64,000 bases of DNA from an uncultured Gemmatimonadales bacterium (GCA_963730185.1 CAVSQW010000015.1:512001-576000); one strand, 5' to 3'; positions 40,295 to 50,834 are shown, counted from the first letter of the stretch. Program-made: numbers and translations. The notes: generated by a model from the sequence alone, not told the origin.

Positions 40295-41740
40295 TCAGGT
40301 CCCCACCGGCGGGCCGGGCCGGCGTCGGTGGCCGGCGAGGACCTCCGCGAGCGCCACGGCCTGGACGAAGGCCATGACCGGCTTCGACACGCCGTGCTGC
40401 TGGGTGGCGGCCATCACCAGCCAGACCAGGATGGCGCCGGCCACGACGAGGGACGGAGCCGCCTCGGGGCGATGGCGTCGGAGCCGGTCGGTGAGCCGGC
40501 AGAGGATCAGAGCGACCGCCGCGACCAGAAGCAGAACGGTCGGGAGACCGAAATTCAGGATGCCGTACAGATAGCCGCTGTCGACTGCTTGCTGTTGGAT
40601 GCTCGCGCCGCTCAGGATGTGCTGAACGAGCGGGTCGGTGACGACCCGAGTGGTGTAGTCCGGCCCCAGGCCTAGCAACAACGTCCTGGGCGAGTCGAGG
40701 AGGAAACGGGCCACGTTCCGCCACACGGCGAGGCGGAGCCGAAGCGATTCCGACTGGCCGACCCGGGCCGCGAGCAGGGCAACCTGGGAAGCGGGCAGGG
40801 TGAGGGCCGCCGCGGCGACCGTGCCCAGCCCGGCGACGGCCACCACCAGCGCCGCACCCATCGCGGCGAGCGGCCGGCGCCTCAGCGCGGCCCCGAGCGG
40901 GACGACGGCGATCACGGCGAGGACGACGCCGAACCACACCGTCAGGCTGGCCATCAGCATCGCCGTGGCGAGGTTGACCGCCGTCGCCGCGACGAGAAGG
41001 AGCACCGCCGCCGGACGCCAGTGGCAGCCGACCAGGGCCGCGACCGCACCCACCAGGCACGCCGCGAGGGGGAAGATGAACCCGGTGACGAAGAAGGTCG
41101 CCCGGTACAGGGTCTGGTCGCTCTGGAGAAGGGCCCCGGCCTGGTCGGCGGTCCCCGCGTCGATCCCGACCAGCAGGGGAATGCCTCGAGCGTACGCGAC
41201 CAGCACCAAGGCGCTGGACAGGGTCACGGCGAGGAGCCACCCCTCGAGCACCTTCCAGACGTCGGGCGCGGACCGGACCGCGCCCAAGGTGAGCAGATAG
41301 GCCACGGCCAACTCGCCCAAGCCGACCATGCTCGGCAAGAGCGGTCGGGGGGCCCGGGAGGCCAGCCAGCTGACCATTAGGATGGGCACCACGAGACCGG
41401 CGAGCCAGCGGGTCGGAGACGCGGGTGGCAAGCGGAACGGCCGCCCGGAAAGTACCCCGATCGTGATCCCGGCCAGGTAGGCGTCGCCCGCATTGAGGTT
41501 GACGCCGGCAACCCCGAGGCGGGCGGCCGGACCCAACAGCGCCGGGCCCGCCAGCAGGGCGACTGCCGCAAGGGGAGAGAGGTAGCCGAGCAGGAGACCG
41601 GACCCCGCGAGGAGCGCGGCGACGCCCATCCGGAACGGCACCGGGGCGTGGAGCGGCTCGAGGGTGGCGAGCACGATGGTGAGCCCGACGACGATCGCCG
41701 CCATGCGAGCCGTGACCGCCCCACGCCGACCGCCCGTCAC
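40295..41740 (-). CDS. Wzy polymerase / O-antigen-ligase-like membrane protein
   Basis: About 12 TM segments; S..LRLAVW...LLGLG..DSGYL loop typical of Wzy_C; located in the glycan cluster. Confidence 0.65.
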   Translation of the reverse strand: MTGGRRGAVTARMAAIVVGLTIVLATLEPLHAPVPFRMGVAALLAGSGLLLGYLSPLAAVALLAGPALLGPAARLGVAGVNLNAGDAYLAGITIGVLSGRPFRLPPASPTRWLAGLVVPILMVSWLASRAPRPLLPSMVGLGELAVAYLLTLGAVRSAPDVWKVLEGWLLAVTLSSALVLVAYARGIPLLVGIDAGTADQAGALLQSDQTLYRATFFVTGFIFPLAACLVGAVAALVGCHWRPAAVLLLVAATAVNLATAMLMASLTVWFGVVLAVIAVVPLGAALRRRPLAAMGAALVVAVAGLGTVAAAALTLPASQVALLAARVGQSESLRLRLAVWRNVARFLLDSPRTLLLGLGPDYTTRVVTDPLVQHILSGASIQQQAVDSGYLYGILNFGLPTVLLLVAAVALILCRLTDRLRRHRPEAAPSLVVAGAILVWLVMAATQQHGVSKPVMAFVQAVALAEVLAGHRRRPGPPVGT

Positions 41741-42930
41741 GCCGTGCCACCCCGCCGGTCGGGCCGGCCGAATCGGGAGAGGATGTCGTCCCGGAGTTTC
41801 CGGACCCGCCGGGCCAGGCCGATCGCCACCCGCCGCGCCAGCCGGGTCGGGGCCACGACTGGAGCCACGAGTCCGTGGAGGGCTCGCCGCCCTCGGGTGC
41901 CCTCGCGGTGGCGAGCCAGCCAGACCTGAACCGGCTCGGCCGGGGCCGATCGACGGCCCATCAGCGGACCAACCGCGTCGATCACGTGTCGGAACGCGGC
42001 CACCTCGTTGTAGTCGCGGAGGGCGCGCCGCCAGCCGGCCGCGGCCATGGCGCGACGCTCGTCGTCGTGGTCGAGGTAGTAGCGGCAGCGATCGATCGCC
42101 TCGTCGATGGTGTCGAACCCGACCACCTCTTCGTCCAGCCGGAACACCCGGCCCAGCCATGAGCGGTTGTCGCAGATCTGCAGGACGCCGTTGGCCGGGA
42201 GGTAGAAGGTCCGAAAGTTGATCGGCCCGGTCGAGTTGTGGACGTTGACGCCGAGCCGCGATCGTTGGAGCAGGGGGATGCGGTCGGCCTCCGGCAGGAA
42301 TCCGGCCGGCCAGCCGGGACCGTAGTAGGCGCCGTCGGGGAACGCGGCCGCGAAGCGATCCACTCGCTGCCGGCGGTAGTGGGTAACCCGCTCGCAGACG
42401 AGGCTGACCGGGACGTCGCGCTCACCGGTGAGAATCGCCTCCTCGGTGAGGCTCGGGTCGTAGTCGTCGGCCCGGAATCCATTCGGCCACCACGCCACCA
42501 CCCGGGCGCCCCACCGTCGGTAGGCGTCCAGCTCGGCGACGTTGCCCACCAGACAGACGTCGTGACCCGCGGCGATCGGTTCGGAGTAGTCGGCGGACGA
42601 CTCGGGGTCGTCGAAGAAGCCGAGCGCGCTGACGACGTTCAACTGGGAAAGGAAGTCGGGGTGGAGGTTCACGCCGCCGTAGTTGATCAGGACGTCGGCC
42701 GCCTCGGAGGCCTGGGCCACTCGTTCGTAGAGCGCCATGAGGCGCCGGTCGCCCCGCCGCCAGGCGGCGTCGAGGTCACGCCAAGGCATCCGCCTCCCCG
42801 GGACCGGCATCGAGACCTGCACCGGCCACACCTCGATCCCCGCCGTCCTGAGGCGGGCGAGCCAGGCTTCGATCCAGGTCGCGCCAAACGCGCCGGTGCC
42901 CTGAAAGACGTGGGCGAGCAGGAGACGCAT
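41737..42930 (-). CDS. CgeB/YkvP-like glycosyltransferase
   Basis: FFDDP, YGPGW, LGVNVHN...RTFYLPANG.LQI, F..DEEVVGF, YYLDHDDERRAMA.AG. Confidence 0.75.
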   Translation of the reverse strand: MRLLLAHVFQGTGAFGATWIEAWLARLRTAGIEVWPVQVSMPVPGRRMPWRDLDAAWRRGDRRLMALYERVAQASEAADVLINYGGVNLHPDFLSQLNVVSALGFFDDPESSADYSEPIAAGHDVCLVGNVAELDAYRRWGARVVAWWPNGFRADDYDPSLTEEAILTGERDVPVSLVCERVTHYRRQRVDRFAAAFPDGAYYGPGWPAGFLPEADRIPLLQRSRLGVNVHNSTGPINFRTFYLPANGVLQICDNRSWLGRVFRLDEEVVGFDTIDEAIDRCRYYLDHDDERRAMAAAGWRRALRDYNEVAAFRHVIDAVGPLMGRRSAPAEPVQVWLARHREGTRGRRALHGLVAPVVAPTRLARRVAIGLARRVRKLRDDILSRFGRPDRRGGTA

Positions 42931-42932
42931 GG

Positions 42933-44249
42933 TCAGGGTAGCCGGACCAGGTCGTGTCGGACCCTGAGGGTGATCGCCGCGAGGCCGACCGACCGTCCCG
43001 CCAGGTACGCGGCCGCGGCGCCGAGCGCTCCGATCCGGGGCACGAGCAGGGCGGCGGCGATGAGGATCACCGCGTCGCGGGGAACGTTCACGGCGGCCAG
43101 GGCGCTCCACATCCGCTCCCGGACCTGGAGCCCCTGGTTGAGCGCGATGGTCAGGGCCTCGGGCACCCCGGCCAGGAGCAGGAGGATGAGGACGTCGTAC
43201 CCGCCCCGGAACCCCGACCCGTAGAGGCCCAGCAGCCACCGCCCGAGCAGCCCGGTGGCGGCGAGGGCGAGGGCGAGAATCACGGTGGTCGCGACCAGGT
43301 TGGTCCGGAGCGCGTGGCGATAGCCCCGATCGCCTTCGAGGGCGTTCCGGCGGTTGATCCACGGCATCGTCACCCCGTTGACGATGGTCGGAACGAAGAG
43401 CACCGCGGTCAGCAGGTTCAGGCAGGCGGCGTAGACGGCCACGTCGCCGAAGCCCCGCGGCGAGCGCGCCAGCAGGGCTTGCACGCCCCAGAGCGCGGGA
43501 ATGGAGGTGAGGCCGCTCAGCGCTCCCGGGAGCGCGAAGTGGAGCAGGATCCGGCCCTCTTCGCGGATCGGAGCCGCCGCCTTCGGGATCGCCTGGCGCC
43601 GGCGTTCGACGTGGAGGGCCCAGGTGAGGAGGAGCGTCTGGAGCGCCGTGGCGGCCATCAGCCCGGCGACGGCGCCCTCGACGCCGCCGGTCCAGGCGCC
43701 GTAGGTCGTCAGCCCCAGGTAGCCCGTGCCGGCTGCGACGCCCGCGAGGCCCAGTCGGCGGAACGCCTCGAGGCCGGATAGAGCGCCGGTGAGGAAGGCG
43801 TTCCTGACCGAGAAGAGGGCGGTCGCCGCGGCGATCACCAAGGCGGCGTGGAGCCCCGGCGCCCGGAACACGGGGCCGGCCAGGCCGGAGGCCGACACCC
43901 CCAGCACGAGCGCCGCGACCACCGCGGCGGCCCAGGAGATCCGGCTGAAGAGTCCGAGCAGCCGCCCGGTCCGTTCGACGTCCCGGTGCCGCCACTCGGC
44001 CAGGTAGCGGGTGGCAGTGTAGCCGAGCCCCAGACTGGCGAAGCCGGCGGCCGCCTGGACCGTGGTCAGCACCAGGGCGTACTCGCCGAACGACGTCCGG
44101 CCGACCAGGTTGGCGATGGCCAGGTTGCTGGCCAGGGTGCTGCCCTGGTTGAACACCGTGCCGACGATCATCCAGGCCACGCTCCGCACCAGCGGCCCCG
44201 GGCGGGCGGTCGGTCCCGGCATCGCGGCCTCGGCCGGAGCGCCGGTCAC
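42933..44249 (-). CDS. wzx: Wzx oligosaccharide flippase
   Basis: Multi-TM; FGEYAL...LGLGYTATRYLA; VPRIGALGAAAA. Confidence 0.8.
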   Translation of the reverse strand: MTGAPAEAAMPGPTARPGPLVRSVAWMIVGTVFNQGSTLASNLAIANLVGRTSFGEYALVLTTVQAAAGFASLGLGYTATRYLAEWRHRDVERTGRLLGLFSRISWAAAVVAALVLGVSASGLAGPVFRAPGLHAALVIAAATALFSVRNAFLTGALSGLEAFRRLGLAGVAAGTGYLGLTTYGAWTGGVEGAVAGLMAATALQTLLLTWALHVERRRQAIPKAAAPIREEGRILLHFALPGALSGLTSIPALWGVQALLARSPRGFGDVAVYAACLNLLTAVLFVPTIVNGVTMPWINRRNALEGDRGYRHALRTNLVATTVILALALAATGLLGRWLLGLYGSGFRGGYDVLILLLLAGVPEALTIALNQGLQVRERMWSALAAVNVPRDAVILIAAALLVPRIGALGAAAAYLAGRSVGLAAITLRVRHDLVRLP

Positions 44250-45013
44250 GGGCGCCGCTCGCCTTCGCATACCAGCCAGGGGGCCAGGGGGGCCAGGTCG
44301 GTCGGCTGGATCAAGGCCAGCGCGTTGACGAGCCAGAAAAGCGCGGCCGGCAAGGGACGGGGCAGGACGCGGCCGATGCTCAGGAGCCCGACCGACACCC
44401 GCCCGGCGGGCCGGGCGGCGACCGAACCGGCCAGATTGCGAGGTGCCAACCGGGCCAACCGGTCCAGGTCCATGATCCCGGTGTTGTGGAGCGCCAGGTT
44501 TTCGGGGTCGAGCCGGCGCTGGAGCCGTCCGTAGACGCCGCCGTAGTTGGGAATCGCGATGATGGCGCGACCGCCGGGGCGGAGCAGCTCGAAGTGCCGC
44601 CGCACGATCGGGAGGGGGTCGTCGAAGTGCTCGATGACCCCGAGGCTGTAGACCAGGTCGAAGCTGCCAAGCGGGAAGGTGGTAGCGAAGACGTCCTCGC
44701 ACCGAAGGTCGGCGGTCAGCCCCAGGGTCTCGAACAGCCGCCGGCCAGTCCGCACTCCTGGCTCCGAGAAGTCGAGGCCCGCGACCGACGCCTCGAGTTC
44801 GGCCGCCACCCAGGCCAGGTGCTTGCCCGGTGCGAACCCGATCTCGAGCACCCGCGCGCCGGGGCGGACCCACGGGCGAACCAGCCGCTGAAAGTCGCGG
44901 GTGCTCGCGAGCCAGCCGGACGGCAGGCGAAACCGGATCGGGGCGTCGTGCGCCTCGTCCCAGTGGCCTTTCGTCGTGAGCCGTCCCTCGGTCGAGGAGC
45001 CGGTATCGGTCAT
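44246..45013 (-). CDS. Class I SAM-dependent methyltransferase
   Basis: VLEIGFAPG, GLDFS, SFDLVYSLGVIEHF, LLRPGG.AIIAIPN. Confidence 0.85.
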   Translation of the reverse strand: MTDTGSSTEGRLTTKGHWDEAHDAPIRFRLPSGWLASTRDFQRLVRPWVRPGARVLEIGFAPGKHLAWVAAELEASVAGLDFSEPGVRTGRRLFETLGLTADLRCEDVFATTFPLGSFDLVYSLGVIEHFDDPLPIVRRHFELLRPGGRAIIAIPNYGGVYGRLQRRLDPENLALHNTGIMDLDRLARLAPRNLAGSVAARPAGRVSVGLLSIGRVLPRPLPAALFWLVNALALIQPTDLAPLAPWLVCEGERRP

Positions 45014-45027
45014 CCGGGTGGCCCCCT

Positions 45028-45966
45028 TCAGACGACGGCTTCGGACCTCATCGCGGCGGTGGTGCGCTCCAAGCCGTCCCGGAAGCCGACGGTGGGTTCG
45101 TAGCGGAGCAGCTGCCGGGCCTGGCCGATGTCCGCGTAGGAATGCGGCACGTCGCCCATCCGGGACGGATTGAACCGGGCCGGCAGCCGCTCTCCGGTGA
45201 TGTCCTGCAAGTTCTCCAGGAGCTCCAGCACCGTGTGACGCGAGCCGGCCGCGATGTTGAACACTTGGCCCGCCACGCCGGCCGACTGGCAGGCGTTCAG
45301 ATTGGCCTGGACCACGTTGTCGACGAAGGTGAAGTCGCGGGTCTGGCTCCCGTCCCCGTTGATCAGCGGCGCCTCGCCCTTGAGGAGCTTGCTGATGAAG
45401 ATCGGGATCACCGCCGAGTACTGGGAGGTGGGGTCCTGCTGGGGCCCGAAGACGTTGAAGTAGCGGAGCATCACCGTCTCGAACCGGTAGAGCTCCCAGA
45501 AGGCGCGGCAGTAGTTCTCGCCCGCCAGCTTGCTCACCGCGTAGGGCGAGATCGGGAGCGGCATCATGTCCTCGCGCTTGGGCAGCTCCGGATTGCGGCC
45601 GTAGATGGAGGAGCTGCTGGCGTAGATCAGCCGCGCCACCTTGGCGTCGCGGCTGGCGTTGAGGACGTTCAAGGTGCCGACCACGTTGACGTCGTTGGAC
45701 GTGATCGGGTCGCGAATCGACCGGGGAACGGACGGCAGTGCCGCCTGATGAAGGACGAAGTGCACTCCCTCGACCGCTTCCCGCACCGTGTGGTAGCTCC
45801 GGATGTCGCCCTCGATTACTTCCACCTCGGGCAGATCGGCGAGGTTCCGCCGAAAACCGGTGGAGAAGTTGTCGAGCACGCGGACCTTGTCGCCCCGCGT
45901 GTGAAGAGCCCGGACCAGATGCGAGCCGATGAAGCCCGCGCCGCCGGTGACGAGATAAGTGGCCAT
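45028..45966 (-). CDS. UDP-GlcNAc/Glc 4-epimerase (WbpP-like)
   Basis: VTGGAGFIGS, HQAALPSVPRS, PISPYAVSK, LRYFNVFGP.QDP.SQYSAVIP, GDG.QTRDF. Confidence 0.9.
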   Translation of the reverse strand: MATYLVTGGAGFIGSHLVRALHTRGDKVRVLDNFSTGFRRNLADLPEVEVIEGDIRSYHTVREAVEGVHFVLHQAALPSVPRSIRDPITSNDVNVVGTLNVLNASRDAKVARLIYASSSSIYGRNPELPKREDMMPLPISPYAVSKLAGENYCRAFWELYRFETVMLRYFNVFGPQQDPTSQYSAVIPIFISKLLKGEAPLINGDGSQTRDFTFVDNVVQANLNACQSAGVAGQVFNIAAGSRHTVLELLENLQDITGERLPARFNPSRMGDVPHSYADIGQARQLLRYEPTVGFRDGLERTTAAMRSEAVV

Positions 45967-45989
45967 GAGGTCTCCCTGAGGTCAGTGTC

Positions 45990-46017
45990 AATAAAAGGCG
46001 GGTCCGGCGCTCCCGCC
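45990..46017 (-). terminator. Intrinsic-terminator-like hairpin in the leader of the glycan operon
   Basis: Minus strand GGCGGG-agcgccgga-CCCGCC-TTTTATT, ending about 23 nt before the ATG at 45966. Confidence 0.5.
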
Positions 46018-46301
46018 AAGGTTCTCGACCGCCGACGAGGGCCCTTTGGTCCCCTGACGCGGGTCGGCGCTTGGATCGACGCGACCATCATGACAAGATT
46101 CAGGGCGGAATGGAGGGTTTTCGATCGAGGACGGTCCGCGCATTCCGGGATGGCGGGGCCTTACGTCCAGGAGCCACTCCAAACCGTGCAACAACGAGGT
46201 GCCCGGCTCGTCTCTCGTCGTGTTATGATCAAGCGGTCGGCGGCGACGCCGGCCTCCTGACCGACCGGTTCAGGACCGAACTTCAGTCCCAGGAGTGCCC
46301 C

Positions 46302-48257
46302 TTGGTGAGGCGTCTCAGCCGCCGACACGTCCGGAACCGCTACCTGGCCGGGTTCGACATCGCGGGGTTCGCGATCGTCCTGTTCCTGGCCTACAGCGTC
46401 CGTTTCGAGGCGTTCGCGTGGCCGGTGGCCCAAGCGGAGACGTTTCTCCGGTTCCTGCCCCTCACGATCGCCCTCAAGGTGCTGGTCTTCTACCGAGCCG
46501 GCCTTTACCGGCGGCTCTGGCGCTACGCCGGCATGGTGGAGCTGGAGCGGATCGCCGTCGCGGTCCTGGTGGCCGCCGGCCTCTCGTTCACGGTCGGCGT
46601 GTGGTTCCTGCCGGCCCTAGGCCTGGTATCGGTCCGGGTGCCGATGTCGGTCGCGGCCCTCGACGGGGTGCTGACCCTGGTCGTGGCCGTGGCGCCCCGA
46701 TTCTACATCCGGGCGGTCTCCGCCCGAGGCAGCGGCCGGCCGCTCCATCCCGAGGCACGCCGGGTGCTGATCGCCGGAGCCGGGTCGGCGGGCGAGCTGA
46801 TCGCCAAGGAGCTGCGAGCCAATCCCGAGCTCAGCCTGACACCGGTGGGCTTCGTGGACGACGACCCGGCCAAGCACGGCCTCGAGCTCTCGGGGATCTC
46901 GATCCTTGGCCCGGTCGAGAAACTGATCGACTACCGGGAGCGATGCCGGGCCGACGAGGTGATCGTGGCGATGCCCTCGGCGACCGGGGCCACCATCCGG
47001 CGGGTCATGCAGCTGGCCGAGGCCGCCGGGCTCCGGACCCGCACCATCCCGGGGATGTTCGAGCTCCTGTCGGGCCGGGTGGCCGTCAGCGCCCTCCGAC
47101 CGATCCAGATCGAAGACCTGCTCCGCCGCGATCCGGTCCGGATCGACTTCGACCGGGTCCAGTTGCTGGTCGAGAACGAGACCGTGGTGGTGACCGGGGC
47201 GGGCGGGTCGATCGGCAGCGAGATCTGCCGCCAAGTTGCCGCCCTCGGTCCGGGACAGCTGCTGCTCCTGGGGCACGGCGAAAACTCGATCTTCGACATC
47301 ACGGCCGAGCTGACCGACCGGTATCCGTCGGTGCCGATCATCCCGCTCATCGCCGACGTCCGCGACCGGCCCCGGATCTTGCAGCTGTTCGAGGCCTACC
47401 GTCCCGGGCTGGTGCTCCACACCGCGGCCCACAAGCACGTGCCGCTGATGGAGATCAACGTGCCCGAGGCGGTGAGCAACAACGTGGTGGGCACCCGGAA
47501 TGTGGCCGAGGCGGCGGTCCAGTGCGGCGCCGCCAGGATGGTGATGGTCTCGACCGACAAGGCGGTCCGGCCCACCAACGTGATGGGCGCCACCAAGCGA
47601 GTGGCCGAGCAGATCGTCCAGGGCCTGGCCCAGCAGCACGGGGTGGACTTCATCTCGGTCCGGTTCGGCAACGTGCTCGGGAGCCGGGGCAGCGTGGTGC
47701 CCACCTTCCTGAGCCAAATCCAGCTGGGCGGCCCGATCACGGTGACCCACCCGGAGATGCGCCGCTACTTCATGACCATCCCCGAGTCGGTGCAGCTGGT
47801 GCTCCAGGCGGCGGTCCTGAGCCGGGGCGGGGAGGTCTACGCGCTCGACATGGGTGAGCCGGTCAAGATCGTGGACCTGGCGGCCGATCTGATCCGGCTC
47901 TCCGGGCTCGAGGTCGGGCGCGACATCGAGATCCAGTTCACCGGGGTCCGCCCCGGCGAGAAGCTCTACGAAGAGGTGTTCTTCGGGAAGGAGGAGGCCG
48001 AGCCCACCGAGCATCCCAAGGTGCTCCGGGCGCGGCACGCCCACCTGCCGATCGGGCTCTCGACGGTGGTGGCGCGCCTCGTCGCCGGCGCCGAGGCCGG
48101 CGCCTCGGACGACGAGCTCCGCGAGCTCCTTCAGCGCCTGGTGCCCGACTACGCTCCCGAGGGGAGCGCGCACAACATCGCCCACCGGCGCCCGTCGGGC
48201 AGGTACGAGCTCCCGCCCTCCCCGGTCCCGAAGCCGATCAAGAACCCCGGCGCCTAG
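46302..48257 (+). CDS. PglF/CapD/WbpM-type membrane-bound UDP-GlcNAc 4,6-dehydratase
   Basis: Four N-terminal TM helices, GAGSAG, VTGAGGSIGSE, AAHKHVP, STDKAV.PTNVMGATKR, RFGNVLGSRGSV, RPGEKLYEE; AGGAG RBS. Confidence 0.93.
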   Translation: MVRRLSRRHVRNRYLAGFDIAGFAIVLFLAYSVRFEAFAWPVAQAETFLRFLPLTIALKVLVFYRAGLYRRLWRYAGMVELERIAVAVLVAAGLSFTVGVWFLPALGLVSVRVPMSVAALDGVLTLVVAVAPRFYIRAVSARGSGRPLHPEARRVLIAGAGSAGELIAKELRANPELSLTPVGFVDDDPAKHGLELSGISILGPVEKLIDYRERCRADEVIVAMPSATGATIRRVMQLAEAAGLRTRTIPGMFELLSGRVAVSALRPIQIEDLLRRDPVRIDFDRVQLLVENETVVVTGAGGSIGSEICRQVAALGPGQLLLLGHGENSIFDITAELTDRYPSVPIIPLIADVRDRPRILQLFEAYRPGLVLHTAAHKHVPLMEINVPEAVSNNVVGTRNVAEAAVQCGAARMVMVSTDKAVRPTNVMGATKRVAEQIVQGLAQQHGVDFISVRFGNVLGSRGSVVPTFLSQIQLGGPITVTHPEMRRYFMTIPESVQLVLQAAVLSRGGEVYALDMGEPVKIVDLAADLIRLSGLEVGRDIEIQFTGVRPGEKLYEEVFFGKEEAEPTEHPKVLRARHAHLPIGLSTVVARLVAGAEAGASDDELRELLQRLVPDYAPEGSAHNIAHRRPSGRYELPPSPVPKPIKNPGA

Positions 48258-50818
48258 AGCTTGGTCGCCACCACCAGGATGGTCACGGTGCTGGCCAGGA
48301 TCTGCGCCACCGAACCGAGGAAGCCGGCCCAGTCCCTCCGGTCGTTGGGGTCGCGCTCCGGGACGAACACCGTGCTGCCCGCCCGGGGCTTGGGCTTGGA
48401 GTCGGGAAGCAGGAACCGCCGCTTGACGCTCTCCAACCGGCCGCCCGGCTGGACCACGTAGGCTCGGCCCTTGTCCGCCAGGCGGGAATACCCGCCCGCC
48501 GCCGCCACGTAGTCGTCCACGTTCCAGCCGGGCTGCGAGAGCACGGTAGTGGGCGAGTTGACCGCGCCGAGGATCCGGACCGTCGGGTCGAACTCGGGAA
48601 TGTCGAGCGAGTCGCCGGTCTGCATCACGATGTTCTGCCGGGCGTCCGGCCGTTCCAGGGCGAGGCTCAAGTCGAGCCCCACCCGTCGGGCCAGCGAGGT
48701 CCCGAGTCGAAGCGAGTCGGCCATGACGGACAGACTGTCGCGCTGGCCCGAGTCGGCCTGGGACGCCAGGCGTCCCAGGAGCCGGATGTCGTCGGGTGAG
48801 GTGGGCTGCCGCCGATAGAGTCCGGCGCCCAGGGGATACGCCTCTCGGGTCAGGCCGCCGGCCCGCTGGATCAGGTCGCGGACCCGATCGGTCTTGGTCA
48901 GCAGGGCATAGCGGCCCGGGAACTTGACCTGGCCGGTGAGGGTGACCGTGCGCTGGAGCTCCCAGTCCGGCTGCCGCATGACCAGCACGTTGTCGTACGG
49001 CGCGAGTCGGGTCTCGGGCGCGCCGCCGGCGGGGGCGGGAAGCCCGGGCGGGCCATCGTACTTGCCGTCGGGACCCCGGTCGAAGAGGTAGCTCGAGTCC
49101 ATCGGCGCCCGGAAGCTGGTCGCCAGGACGCCCGCGGTGCGGTCGGTCGGGAGCCTGGCGATCTCGGCTTCGGCCAGCCAGGCGTCCTCGGTGAGCCCGT
49201 CGGCCTCGAGGACCGCGTCCTTGAGCGTCATCCCTTCGCGATAGCGGATCCGGCCGGACCGTTTGACCGCGCCGGTCACCACCACGTACCGCTCGGGCCG
49301 GAAGGTGGTCCGGGCGAAGACGGTGATCTGGTCGTCTTCCTGGAGCGGGAGGTCGTTGGTCACGGCGCCGGTCGAGTCACGGAAGGCGGAGCGGAGCTGG
49401 GCCCGGGTGGAGTCCGGGTTGAGGCGGCTGATGAGAATCTGCCCGAGGAAGACGTCCGGCTTCGGCCCGCCGGCGAGACGAATGGCGTCGCTCAGGCGCA
49501 TGTCGGGGGTGTACCCCACCGGACCCACGGTCCAGACGTTGCCCTCGACCGTCACCACGTTCCGGCGCCGCTCGGCGATCCGGAACACCTTGACCCGGTC
49601 GCCCGCGAGCAGCGGGAAGCCCGGCGCCACGCTGTCGCTGAGCTCGGACTCGGCCAGATCGATCAGGACCCGGTCGCGGCCGCCCGGCCCACGCTGGGCC
49701 GGCGGCAGGATCCGCTCGATCTGGATCCGGCGGCGGAGGGCGGCCGGGTCGAATCCGCCGGCCGACGCGATCAGCTCGCGGAGGGTCTCGCCCGACGCCA
49801 GCTCGTAGTACGCAGGGCGGACCACGGCGCCGGTGATCTCGACCCGGGCACCGTGGACCGGGACGAAGATCACGTCGCCCGACTCGAGCCGGATGTCGTG
49901 GGCCGCGTTGCCGCGGAGCAGATAGTCGTAGACGTCGAGGGTGTCGATCAAGGCGCCGCCCCGCCGGATCTCCACTCGCCGGAAGCTCCCCTTGTCGGTC
50001 GGACCGCCCGCCAGGTACAGCGCCGTGAGTACCGTGCCGGCGCTCGACACCTGATAGGAGCCGGGGCGGGCCACGTCGCCGATCACGAACACCTGGTTGG
50101 TGCGGAGCCGGGCGACCGTCACCTGGAAGCGGGTCGAGGCACCGGCCCCTCGCCGGACCCCGCTGTAGACCCGGCCCAGCCGGGTGTAGAGCAGGGTCTC
50201 GAGGCTGGCGAGGGTGAGCCCGGAGACGTAGATCTGGCCGACTTGGGGGATCACGATGAAGCCCTCGCGAGTCACCTCGAGGGTGTGGGCCAGCTCCACG
50301 TCGCCGGTCAGGATCAGGACCAGCACGTCGCCCGGACCGAGCCGGTAGGACGGGTCCACCGGGCCGGTGACCACCGGCTGGAACTGGGTGCTGACCCGGT
50401 GGAACACGTCGAGCCCGAAAATCGCGACCGAATCACTGGTCGCGGGCAAGTCGCGCCGAGGGGTGCCGGGCCGGCCGGCGACGCTGTCGGCGGCCAGGAG
50501 TGGACGGTCTTCCTCGTTCCGGAACCCCAAAGCCCGCATGGCGTCGAGCACCTGGTCGTCGACCTGCCCGCCGGTGCCCGCCGATGACGAGCTCCCCAGA
50601 TAGGTGTCGAGCAACCCGGGCGGATAGCCCCCCGCGCTCAAGCGAGAGCGAACCTGGTCCGGCGTCAGGCCGGAGTTGGTGATGTAGCTCCGGATCCTCG
50701 CGCCCAGATCGGGCCGCGATTGGAGCAGCGCCCGTGCCTGGTCCGGTGTCGGCTGCTGGGCCCGGCCCACCCCGGGGAGCATGGCGAGGAGGCTCGCCAG
50801 GACGAGGAATAGGCGCAT
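48254..50818 (-). CDS. Polysaccharide export protein (OPX, Wza/KpsD-like) with multiple SLBB domains
   Basis: Signal peptide; YRLGPGD, GFIVIPQVG; repeated G.V..PG...LI..AGG SLBB units. Confidence 0.88.
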   Translation of the reverse strand: MRLFLVLASLLAMLPGVGRAQQPTPDQARALLQSRPDLGARIRSYITNSGLTPDQVRSRLSAGGYPPGLLDTYLGSSSSAGTGGQVDDQVLDAMRALGFRNEEDRPLLAADSVAGRPGTPRRDLPATSDSVAIFGLDVFHRVSTQFQPVVTGPVDPSYRLGPGDVLVLILTGDVELAHTLEVTREGFIVIPQVGQIYVSGLTLASLETLLYTRLGRVYSGVRRGAGASTRFQVTVARLRTNQVFVIGDVARPGSYQVSSAGTVLTALYLAGGPTDKGSFRRVEIRRGGALIDTLDVYDYLLRGNAAHDIRLESGDVIFVPVHGARVEITGAVVRPAYYELASGETLRELIASAGGFDPAALRRRIQIERILPPAQRGPGGRDRVLIDLAESELSDSVAPGFPLLAGDRVKVFRIAERRRNVVTVEGNVWTVGPVGYTPDMRLSDAIRLAGGPKPDVFLGQILISRLNPDSTRAQLRSAFRDSTGAVTNDLPLQEDDQITVFARTTFRPERYVVVTGAVKRSGRIRYREGMTLKDAVLEADGLTEDAWLAEAEIARLPTDRTAGVLATSFRAPMDSSYLFDRGPDGKYDGPPGLPAPAGGAPETRLAPYDNVLVMRQPDWELQRTVTLTGQVKFPGRYALLTKTDRVRDLIQRAGGLTREAYPLGAGLYRRQPTSPDDIRLLGRLASQADSGQRDSLSVMADSLRLGTSLARRVGLDLSLALERPDARQNIVMQTGDSLDIPEFDPTVRILGAVNSPTTVLSQPGWNVDDYVAAAGGYSRLADKGRAYVVQPGGRLESVKRRFLLPDSKPKPRAGSTVFVPERDPNDRRDWAGFLGSVAQILASTVTILVVATKL

Positions 50819-50834
50819 GAACCGCTCCCGGTGG

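Noticed and set aside
46026..46033. Minus-strand GGCGGTCG as an RfaH ops site
   Set aside because: One mismatch to GGCGGTAG, and the sequence is common in GC-rich DNA; there is no JUMPstart context.
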